Under the pieces are notes generated by a model. It did no database searches. It was not told where the DNA came from and saw nothing but the letters and a program-made list of their open reading frames with translations. DNA of 64,000 bases from Phoronis australis (Eukaryota; Animalia; Phoronida), in the NCBI GenBank assembly GCA_002633005.1, contig NMRA01000014.1, positions 1,787,079 to 1,851,078 of the forward strand. The letters run 5' to 3'. A program made the position numbers and the translations under genes. Position 1 is the stretch's first letter. Each line of letters opens with the position of its first letter. Below are positions 54,184 to 64,000 of the stretch, piece after piece.

Positions 54184-56159
54184 AAACAAGAGCAACGCAG
54201 AGCGTTGAAATGTGCCCACAATTGCACCGCATACAGTATCCTTCTAGGGTTGTTTATTGGTACCATAAAGTGGCCAGTAGAGGGCATATATGTAGTATGT
54301 TGTACTTTGCAAAATGGAAAGGCATGGTCATTGTCTCCTCAATAGGCTAGGGGCAAAATGTGAGTAATCTTCATAATACAAGCACATCCTATACACCAGT
54401 TGCTTAAAGCACCACAGAAACATAGAATTAAAAACAAATTTACCAACATACGAGATTAGCACAGCATTAGAATGCCAGAAACAAATTTCTACTTGGAACT
54501 TTTCCTTCACAGTCACGAAGTAACACAAAGTATACACCTGAAGACCTATGAAAATACAGAGGTCAATGTAAAATACTAAAATTGCCACTAGAGGCAAATA
54601 CTAAAATTGCCACTAGAGGCATACCGGTAATCAGAATCATCCTAAAGTCGTCATCGTCCGTTGTCAACATCACATAAATACACTTGCTAAATTTAGTAAA
54701 GATCCTGCAAACGGTTTGGGAGATACAGCCATGGGCGCAAAAAAACAAAACTGCCACTAGGAGGCGCCACAGTAGTCCAAATCGTCTGAAAATCATTGTC
54801 AGCTGTCTTCCTTATAGTAAGCACATACACGCCAATTTTCACAATCATCCTTTGAGCGGTTTGGTTGATAGAGGGGTGGACGCAAAAATACAGACTCGAA
54901 AACAGTAAAAATGGCCACTAGGTGGCGCAAACTACGTCGAATCCATCTGAAAACAGGAGGATAGCGTCATCTCACTAATAGGTGCCTACATACCAAATTT
55001 CATGAAAATCCGTTCAGGACTTTTGAAGATACAAAGGTAAGCGTAAAAAACTAAAATTGCCACTAGGGGGCACACCGGTAGTCGGATCCGACCAAAAGTC
55101 GTCATCTTCCGTTGTTAACATCATATAAATATACTTACACAATTTGTAAAGATCCTGCGAACGGTTTAGGAGATACAGCCATAGGCGCAAAAAAACAAAA
55201 CTGCCACTAGGAGGCGCCACAGTAGTCGAAATCGTCGGAAAATCATCGTCAACCGTCCTCTACATAGTAAGCATATACATGCCAATTTTCACAATCATCC
55301 TTTGAGCGGTTTGGTTGATAGAGGGGTGGACGCACAAAAACAGACTCGAAAACACTAAAAATGGCCACTAGGTGGCGCAAACTATGTCGAATCCATCTGA
55401 AAACGGGAGGATAGCGTCATCTCACTAATAGGTGCCTACATACCAAATTTCATGAAAATCCGTTCAGGACTTTTGAAGATACAAAGGTAAGCGTAAAAAA
55501 CTAAAATTGCCACTAGGGGGCACACCGGTAGTCGGATCCGACCAAAAGTCGTCATCTTCCGTTGTTAACATCATATAAATATACTTACACAATTTGTAAA
55601 GATCCTGCGAACGGTTTAGGAGATACAGCCATAGGCGCAAAAAAACAAAACTGCCACTAGGAGGCGCCACAGTAGTCGAAATCGTCGGAAAATCATCGTC
55701 AACCGTCCTCTACATAGTAAGCATATACATGCCAATTTTCACAATCATCCTTTGAGCGGTTTGGTTGATAGAGGGGTGGACGCACAAAAACAGACTTGAA
55801 AACACTAAAAATGGCCACTAGGTGGCGCAAACTATGTCGAATCCATCTGAAAACGGGAGGATAGCGTCATCTCACTAATAGGTGCCTACATACCAAATTT
55901 CATGAAAATCCGTTCAGGACTTTCGAATACAAAGGTAAGCTTAAAAAAACTAAAATTGCCACTAGGGGGCACACCGGTAGTCGGATCCGTCCGAAAGTTC
56001 GCACATGCCGTCCCATTCATGAATGGAACATATGTGCCAAATTTCATGACGGTATGTCAAAGGGTTTTGGAGATAAACGGACGCCGCCCGGACGGACGAA
56101 CGGACGGACGGAGATGACGGCATAATGCGTCCACATATAAATATGTGGGCGCATAAAAA
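54184..56159 (-). mobile_element. Non-autonomous Helentron-associated element (HINE / DINE-1-like) with central tandem repeats
   Basis: One end: aaacaag, hairpin caacgc-aga-gcgttg, subterminal repeat atgtgcccaca (54210-54220). Other end: (GGAC)n microsatellite (about 56089-56112), 14-bp palindrome 56125-56154 containing the complementary tgtgggcgcat, then A5. This is the known Helentron/HINE layout. Confidence 0.8.
54571..56075. repeat. 450-bp tandem repeat, about 3.3 copies, each made of three diverged subunits of about 150 bp
   Basis: ctaaaattgccactag recurs at 54601, 55051, 55501 and 55950; copies 2 and 3 are nearly identical; every subunit begins with aaaa..gccactag..ggc. Confidence 0.95.
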
Positions 56160-56654
56160 TTGTCATTTTCTCTTTTCGTTTTGTGCAACTTTTGAGTTTT
56201 TCATTAAAACCATAAGAATACTATTTTTGATAGCTTCTCAAGCAAAAACAGATCATTTTTAAAACAATTCCTTAATGTTTATTTGGAGAACAAGGTATAA
56301 AACGTAGTATTTGGGTGTTTCATAAGCATCCGATCAGCCATTTGAGAGATAGGCCATTTCAAAATTAGTCTATTATGGACATTTTTCTAAGGTTCTACAT
56401 AATCTCAATAGAGGCAGAATACCCGTTGATATAGATGCAACTTCTTAAACATACTCCACCCTGTAATTGAGTACAGCAATGTAATTCAGTCTAGAGATAA
56501 GAGAACGTAAATATTTGCACCTGCATAAACATTCATCTTCTGAAAATTCCATAAAAGAATGAAGCTCAAATTTGTAAATTAAAATAAAATTCAGCTCAAA
56601 TAGATGTTTCAAAATCTAAATGTAAGTGTACAACGTCAACACAAAAGCCATTAC

Positions 56655-56732
56655 CTGAGGCAGGGGACAGCTGAAGTGATTTATCACATGTATAAGATCT
56701 AGTAGCATGTTATGTCCAACGACCACCTTCCC
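56655..56732 (-). CDS. PARN: PARN exon, DEDD ExoII motif: GKVVVGHNMLLDLIHVINHFSCPLPQ
   Basis: 78 nt, ttccag/gtaatg; GHNMLLD contains a catalytic Asp. Confidence 0.96.
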
Positions 56733-57348
56733 CTGGAAAAGAAAATTTACTTCACTGTAACGCAACTCAATTCCATGTGGCAAAGACTGTAAGATGAAGT
56801 GCATCGTTTTTTGTTGAGAAAGGTGATCATGTTTCAGTTACAAAGTTAAAGACACATAACAGCAAGGCGTGGGACGTGGTCACCATAGCAAACCAGGCAT
56901 CAAGCAGTGAAAGCGTGTAGAAATTTCATTCCAATGGCCAATCATATCTTGCTGCTGAGAAAAGAAAATATTTTCAGCAAACTGGCCATATAATCGTTTT
57001 AAGTCATCGATTATAATTGAATGTAATGTAATTTTTTAAACATGGTTCGGCAAAACATTATTGGACAGGGAGTCAGAAGAACTGCAATCTCATCTCACTG
57101 GAGAGAGTTCTATACTTATTCCTTGCGAGAAAGGCATGATCTTGCAATATTTTGCATGATCAAGTGAGTGTTTCGCAAATATGCTTAGTAGCTTTCTAGC
57201 CTGTCCTAACAAAATGGTTGCCATTGAAGTGACTGTTTGTCGAGCTTGAAGTGCTGAATTATGGGACTAAACCCAGTGTTTCTGTTACACATTCAAGTGA
57301 AGATTTTTTACCAGAAGTTCAAGATAACGTCTTGGGGTCTAAAGACTT

Positions 57349-57529
57349 TATTCATGCAGTTGCCATTTCAGTAGTGAGCCTCTTTTTAGGTTTAAAAAGC
57401 AATGCATTTGGGACATGAACGTAACGAGGCATGCGGAAAAATCACGCTTTGTACTTTATTTAAGCGCAAAATGCATTGTTTTTAAAACCTAAAAAGAGGC
57501 TCACTACTTAAATGGTGATTGCGTGAATA
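57349..57529. repeat. Palindromic element with arms of about 60 bp
   Basis: tattcatgcagttgccattt.agtagtgagcctctttttaggttt..gcaatgcattt and its inverted copy. Confidence 0.9.
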
Positions 57530-57692
57530 CGGTGCAAAGAAATCAACTTAGCCTTACATTTGCAAAACTTAAAGTTCATCAACAAATCAGAAATGGAAAA
57601 ACTTATAAAGGTACATTAATTAAATAGGCATGAGCCAAATGACATATGGTAGACAAGTTTTTACACTTCTAATAAGTGAAAAATCTTGCATC

Positions 57693-57799
57693 NNNNNNNN
57701 NNNNNNNNNNNNNNNNNNNNNNNNNNNNNNNNNNNNNNNNNNNNNNNNNNNNNNNNNNNNNNNNNNNNNNNNNNNNNNNNNNNNNNNNNNNNNNNNNNN
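57693..57799. other. Assembly gap
   Basis: Run of N. Confidence 1.
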
Positions 57800-58797
57800 C
57801 AAGGTGTATAGGAATGGTCCCTGGTCATGGTTTTTAACACAATTTGAGATACTTGGAGGCCAAAATTGGAATGAGCTTTTGACTACCTACATGTGCACAA
57901 TGAGAGAATGTTCCCTCTCAAATCACAATATTGGGGAGCAAAATCACCCATTTTGCCTGATTTCTGCATCAAATTTCCATAATCTGATGTCAACCCCAAA
58001 GAGGTACTGGAATAGAAATTCCCTTTTCAAAATAGAATTGGTTATAATTTAATGACCCACACTGAAAGGAAACGCATGAGATACAACCAGGAAACGCAAT
58101 GACAGCAGAAATTTGACACGAATCATCCATGGAAACAATTTTCTGAGTTCAAACAGGTATTGTATGCATTGTCAGTTATATTTCATGGAATGATGTACGT
58201 GTAGCCACAAGGTCACCATTCAAGAACTCAGGGTTCTCTATCAACTCAGGAGAGAGGAGCCACTGCTTTCTGAGATTACTCTTGAGAGACTGGGGTGAAC
58301 CTTCCCACTCTGGGGTGAAACTTCCCACTCTGCATACCATCAAGGGCCCATAACAGTGTTCAGAACAGACTACTTAATGTCAAGTCATGTAATTTTAGAA
58401 TTGGGCAACCCTGGGTTGTTGGAGAGCAGGTTGTGGACTCAGAAATCCCATGAATGACTTTTTTGCTCAATAATACGTAATCACCGACCACCTGAGGTAA
58501 ACTCATCAAGATTCTGTTCTCCACATCAAGGCTGTAAACACCAGAAAGGCATGACCATGAAGTGAGGATTTACGCAATAATAAAATCTTCTATTTTGAGC
58601 CAAGCATCATTGGGAGGGAAAAAGTTTCTAACCTTGAGGGGATATTTTAATCATTGGGGGTCCTGGCTGATGATGTGAATTCCGTGTGACTTTTAAACAT
58701 TTTTCAGAGGAATGTGGCCAATATTCAACAACACAATCATGGCCCTTGCAACTGCACAAAACGTCTCTTCCTATCTGTTGTCACCATAACTGCTTAC

Positions 58798-58854
58798 CGA
58801 CTCTGAGATCTTTTTCACCACTCTGGCAAACCCCACAGCATCGTCTAATTGGTC
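58798..58854 (-). CDS. PARN: PARN exon: DQLDDAVGFARVVKKISES
   Basis: 57 nt, phase 0/0, ttgtag/gtaagc; matches DAVGFSRV. Confidence 0.94.
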
Positions 58855-59141
58855 CTACAATTTCCAAGTAAAGCCACAATTTAGACTTATAGACAGATGT
58901 CTCCAATACTTTTGAACTTAAAAACGCTGTACAGTCTTTCAGAAGCACTGCATTTATAATTTAATTTTCTAATTTTCCCAGATATTTGCAATAGGGTTGA
59001 TGAGACAAAATACTTTTTGGCACTAGGCAACTATTTTAATGGAAACAACACTTGCTGTTGTCCTGTAGGTAACTGCTAATACCATAGAACAACATAGAGC
59101 AACAGCTTTCTTTACAAGTGGCCAAAGCCACAAAAACTTAC

Positions 59142-59268
59142 AAACTCTGCTTGTCGCCTGGCAGCTTCCTTTTTCTTTCTGTCTTCCTCACACTCAATCC
59201 TGGACACAACAATGAACCTCTGTTTCTTGTCATTATGTTTCGTCTCCAGGTGAACGCTATTTCTAAAC
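59142..59268 (-). CDS. PARN: PARN exon: FRNSVHLETKHNDKKQRFIVVSRIECEEDRKKKEAARRQAEF
   Basis: 127 nt, ttgtag/gtaagt; aligns with the PARN H.ET..KK.R.IV.S segment. Confidence 0.93.
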
Positions 59269-60390
59269 CTACAATTAGTAAACACCCGGAGAGCTACTGT
59301 ATTGTAATTAAAATATTAAGGGTAATACACTTACTAAAATCAAAAGAAGGTGGAAATGAAATTGACGGCCACAAGTGTCTAGGTACACGAAGGGGTGCCC
59401 CTTCCTATTGAAGAGTTGGGGGTCTTCCCCAAGAAAGTTTTGGCAATTAAGAACTATTTTCTTGCATTTTGGTGAAGTCTTACTATTTCCCTAACGTGAA
59501 TGTAGAAAAAACAGAGCATGTTTTGCACAATGCATAGTGAAATTCAAACACAAATTCCGAGATCAAGAAGTTGATAAAGAAGTTGGAAAAGAGGGCAGGG
59601 AAATTTAATCAGGGCACAAAGTCAATGGCTGAAATAAAAAGAGGAAGTGTCCTGTTAAAGCAATCCATGGACAAGCTCACAGTAACAGTGTACCCATAAC
59701 TGATTCCCATCCATTTTTCCATGAAATGAACAAACAAACGCTTGACAAGCCAAATGCATGTCTATTAAGTCTGTTTGAATTTCAGACTCAAGCAGTACAA
59801 CATCCCGCAGGCCATTAGGTTCAGTGCAACCCACATGAAAATCTGTGCAACCGTGCTTCATTACAGTGTGGCTAATCAAGACAAGAAAAAGAGTGTAAAC
59901 TTTCCTCATCGAGAAAAATATGAGAATTATCCAAATCGTATTTTTTGTCGACAGGTCACACCTATACAAAGGTGGCATTCTGCTGGCCGTACAGGGTTTG
60001 AAACTTTTTATTAGACACATGCACATGCCTTTGATTTCATGATACTATCTAAAAAGTATGGGAAGAACTATGACATTTGTTAAGTAACCAAAAGTATTCA
60101 ACCACTGCCTTGCAATCACAGAGTGTAGCCTCCGGAGTATGAATAGAACCAGAGTCTGTTTTGCCAATAGTTCATCCACAACTCCTAACTGCTGACATTG
60201 CGCTTAAACTAAATTACTTGTCAGAGTATGCCAACCATATTTTCAACCCAACTGACGACTTCTAGCACACTGTTGCCTTCTCATTGCCAACTGGATAGAC
60301 ACAAACTCCATGGCCTGTCCTCTACTATTCAACGTGACAAAGGTTCACAAAAAAGCATGAAGATTTGCATAAGAATCTGCCTACACTTAC

Positions 60391-60507
60391 TTTAACTGTA
60401 TAGTCTGATAGATCAGCTTCCTCTGAAATGCATTGATGGAAGTCTCTAAACACATGGAGTCCTCTTCTGAGTTCTTCTTGCTTTGTATGAACTCTTCAAC
60501 CCTCTTT
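60391..60507 (-). CDS. PARN: PARN exon, R3H domain: KRVEEFIQSKKNSEEDSMCLETSINAFQRKLIYQTIQL
   Basis: 117 nt, ttgcag/gtaagt; FQRKLIYQT matches the PARN R3H signature. Confidence 0.94.
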
Positions 60508-61256
60508 CTGCAAGATAAAAAATGTTCTTAAACTGACAAAAGATGCTGTTAAGAGTTCTTGGCTCAAGAAATTAGTGCTCACTTACGAATTGAATTGGGG
60601 GCCGTGCAATACAATATGAAAAAGTGTACTAATCAAATCTTATGACACATCCCCCTGTGTATGAATGTGAGCGTGACTGCGCGTGAATGATTATACTGTT
60701 TGGCTTTATTGTATTTGCATTACGATAACAATAAAACTTTTTGACAAAAAAATCTTATGACACATACACCGACTTATCTAAATGTAATATCATGTCACCT
60801 AGAAGCAATGAGGATAGTAGCAGGTAATGTTTACAAGACACCTGTATACAATAATTAGAAACCAAACTAGCCAGAAAACTAACTAAAAGAGAGTGACAAA
60901 AATCAACTTCCTGCAATGAACAAACAAAAATCTTTCTATAAATCAATCTGAACTCAAGAATTTGCCAAACATAAAATTTTAACATTTTCAGATAAATGAA
61001 CCATCAGATCACAAACAAGTTATAAATTCGAAACAATGGAAGAAGCCCTGTTACTTTCAATAACTTGGAATGAGATCTTTTGAAGATCCTAAGTTACAAA
61101 ATCCATCCCGTCTGTAAAACTCAAAAGCCACAGGTTTTGCAACAAGACAGACGTCTGCTACTATGACAGACAGACGTCTGCTACTATGACTGATGAACGG
61201 TAGTATTGTAGAGATGGAATAACGTTTATTATTCTTTAAAAACCAATAGGCCTCAC

Positions 61257-61449
61257 TCTATCTCAGCAAGGAACTCCTTCTGCTCATCTGGAACCTCGGT
61301 CGGTCCCTTGGCAATGGCAGGGCCAGACAGACCGCCGATAGGGCTCGAGAATGCTGGCGATGCAAATGCGTTGTCCGCGTAGTTGGCGTGCTTTTGTTCC
61401 AGAGCTTCTCTCAGTCGATTCTCCTCATGATGTGGTAAGTAGGGAATCC
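61257..61449 (-). CDS. PARN: PARN exon: GIPYLPHHEENRLREALEQKHANYADNAFASPAFSSPIGGLSGPAIAKGPTEVPDEQKEFLAEI
   Basis: 193 nt, tgtag acceptor, gtgagg donor; phase-consistent with both neighbours; GIPYL motif. Confidence 0.94.
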
Positions 61450-62130
61450 CTACAAAAACACCAGTGACGTGAAAGTATTGGTGGTGAAAAGCCTTCGATA
61501 AAAAAAAATGTTATGAAACAACAGTAAATAAAGCCCTTTGAATCCTATCTGATAGCAGTCTGATCCACTTCAACCCTTAGTAGGCAGCGTGTGTAGTAGA
61601 TTAGCATTATGAAAATGTGTACTAAACATCCAGTTAAAAGACATGACAAAATACATGATGCATTTTTGATTTCTGTTAGTAAATGTTTGTTCTAGCATAT
61701 TAAATATCTTTCTACTTTTGAATGTGCATTGTTCAAGGAGTGAACCAATACTCAACAGTTTATCAAGGGTTAGGTGCCTCAACACTTTGTCAAGAGTTAG
61801 GTGCATAACTAGATACATCCTTTAGGTGGTATTATCCTCTGTACTGGCTGGAACTTCTCACAAAACTCAAGATGACATGAGTGCACAGAAATCTAACGAT
61901 TACAGTACAGGTCACAAATACTTCATTGAATGAGAGATTCCCAGATGTCTAGAGGAAAGTTGCCCAATGAAGTGATCCTAATGAAAACCAGGTGTCAGTA
62001 GCCACATGCCAACAGTCTTCTTGGCATCCATACATGAAGCAATAGACACGATATATTTTGTGAGCTTTGCTATAGGTACAAGAGCGGGAGGCTGAAGGTT
62101 CGATTACCAATCTTAGTAAGTTGCTAGTAG

Positions 62131-62637
62131 CAGGGCTTGGAATGGCAAATGGCGAAAAAAGCGGAAATTTTTACGGCCCGAAACATGCACGCAGGCAGCC
62201 TTGAAAATGTTGGTGTGGATCTTTTGCCAACAAAGATCGAGACTAAAAAAAAGAAAAAAAAAACGGTACCACCTCTGGCAGCGTGCGTCTGTCTTAGCTC
62301 GTTCGCCACTCCCGCCTCCAAACATTTATGGCTGCAGAGTCGTAGTATTTGTCGCCGCGGTTTACAATCACACAAGCCGCCATTGAGGAAATCCACCACG
62401 CTATCCCAGATGCCCCGGCAATGTTGACAATTTACGTTCCTCCGAAACATAAGAGCAACTTCCGCTTTTCGAGGTGAAAGTCGTCGGCAGCACAGCGGTA
62501 AGAAAGAAATTTGCCACGGAAATTTTATGTCAAATCCGATTTTTTTTACGCGGAAACGCGGAAATATAATAAAATACGCGGACAGAACATTTGAAAAAAG
62601 CGGAAATCTGCGTTTCCGCAGAAAATTCCAAGCCCTG
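62131..62637. mobile_element. hAT-like MITE with 6-bp TSD
   Basis: Terminal inverted repeats (TIRs) CAGGGCTTGGAAT / ATTCCAAGCCCTG, TSD tagtag on both sides, subterminal GCGGAAA repeats. Confidence 0.88.
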
Positions 62638-62861
62638 TAGTAGTTCCCACCACTCCCAGTGCAGTCTCCCATCAGCGCTCTTCTTCACCATGATAAGGTT
62701 TAATGCTCAGTGCTACATACATACTGGAGTTAGTTTCGCTTTCATAATAAAACATCAGTTAAGATTTTCTTGCCAATAATACTCATGGGTATTCACTAAA
62801 TCTAATCAAAGTTCCATTATTATTAAATGAATAAACACAAGTCTGACAGCAGCAGCAATAC

Positions 62862-63004
62862 CTTCGTAAATCCACTTGTTAAAGTCGAAGCCGTGGGTAG
62901 CCAGAAAGTCTACACTTGAACTTTGACACAAAAAACGCCGATCTGGTGCTTGTCTGCTGAAGGGACGAGGGAAGACATAGAAGTTGAATGCTTTGGCTGC
63001 ATAA
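62862..63004 (-). CDS. PARN: PARN exon, nuclease domain: [47 protein letters not shown](G)
   Basis: 143 nt, ttccag acceptor, gtattg donor; strong match to the PARN/CAF1-family FNFYVFP..QSSS.DFL..GFDFNK motif. Confidence 0.96.
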
Positions 63005-63926
63005 CTGGAAAGACAAAAAATGACAGCTGTGATGATAATAACATATATTATCCCACGCGCCTTGAATCTGTCAAGGGAAATACGGCCATGAAATAAAGTT
63101 TTGCGTATTCACCTCCTGCACTACTTTAACAGCGAACTCTGACATGGAAAGTTCAAAACGTAGGTCAATCAGTCGACTCAACGTCTTCTGAGCCGGTTCG
63201 ATCATCAAACTTTCCGAATATAGTTGAAGGTAACACAACTGCAACAGTGTAACTAACACTCGACATGCAACCAGGTCCTAAACGTAAAATCTGGAACAAA
63301 ACTGTTAATTATAAGACACTTTTGTCTCAGTTTTCAATTGCTGAATAGTATATCGTCTGCAACTCAGGCGCCGATTCCTAGGAAATTAAAACATCAAATA
63401 TTGTTGTTTTTTAACTATTTCCAGGAGATGTTACAAGTTCACTGCTCAGTTGCCGATGTTTTCATCTTTGCTACCTCTTTTCAAGAAATAAATTGTTACT
63501 TTTAAAACTGTTTCTTTTACAAGAGAAAACTTAAAACCTAATGCGCAAGTACATACATGTAGGATGTGATCCGCCATGTGAACAGTCAGGATGAAGTATT
63601 TGAAAAATCTGCCAAAAAATACAAGAAACTTAGGGATTCGAAGCGCATGGGATAAATACAGAACGTACCTCGACTGGGTTACATGAAGTACACGATTCAC
63701 AACATGACACCCTTGATTCGGTTACTAGTAGTCGAAGACACAGAGCATAGCTGCAGCACTTGGCCTACAGACAGATTTCTGTTACGGCATATAAGCAGCA
63801 GAAACTGTTGGCTTTATGGGGAATTATAGTTTTTTTGGATGAAAAAGATATTTTTTATTCTTCTTTTTCTTGATACACTTGTTTCCAATAGCTCAATAAG
63901 TTGTACAACCCAAGTCAAAGTAATAA

Positions 63927-63932
63927 ACACAC

Positions 63933-64000
<68 letters not shown>
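63927..64000. repeat. (CA)n microsatellite
   Basis: Visible directly; runs to the window end. Confidence 0.98.

Larger units (their letters stand above)
34810..63004 (-). other. PARN: PARN gene span within the window (5'-partial; 13 coding exons plus inferred 3' UTR)
   Basis: Manually spliced minus-strand exons are colinear with vertebrate PARN: [85 protein letters not shown], terminal LFEEPETW. R3H, RRM and the C-terminal motif favour PARN over PNLDC1. Confidence 0.95.

Noticed and set aside
54571-56075. CRISPR-like regular array
   Set aside because: Eukaryotic context, and the sequence between motifs repeats with a 450-bp period rather than forming unique spacers.
56422-56460. AG/GT-bounded segment tested as the missing PARN exon
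   Set aside because: No frame resembles the expected EFK..FP segment; the segment at 54490-54545 was rejected for the same reason.
57693-57799. N gap as the location of the missing PARN exons
   Set aside because: It lies between two exons that are contiguous in the protein (..ISES / GKVV..), on the wrong side of the GHNMLLD exon.
62124-62672. Longest ORF (182 aa, minus strand)
   Set aside because: It coincides with a non-coding MITE and shows no recognisable domain.
63005-64000. Upstream PARN exons (ExoI D-x-E motif)
   Set aside because: None found in this interval; they should lie beyond the window end.

Overview
Eukaryotic (animal, probably marine invertebrate) genomic scaffold: AT-rich, repeat-rich, with two N gaps and two single-N joins. 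The long-ORF track is uninformative because genes are split into short exons. The right half (about 34.8-64 kb, minus strand) holds the 3' part of a PARN (poly(A)-specific ribonuclease) gene. I reconstructed 13 coding exons with GT-AG boundaries, covering part of the nuclease domain, R3H, RRM and the C-terminal LFEEPETW. The 5' exons lie beyond the window. About 90 aa containing the ExoIII catalytic motif are missing exactly where a Helentron-type (HINE/DINE-1-like) element sits, and that element carries a regularly spaced array of CTCF-consensus motifs. The left half is mostly transposon relics (MITEs with 5- and 6-bp target-site duplications (TSDs), LINE fragments, a decayed THAP-domain element, palindromic repeats). 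It also contains a candidate four-exon gene for a 35-aa microprotein (5751-7518, +) whose three introns share a motif and show hairpin potential, resembling a snoRNA/scaRNA host gene.
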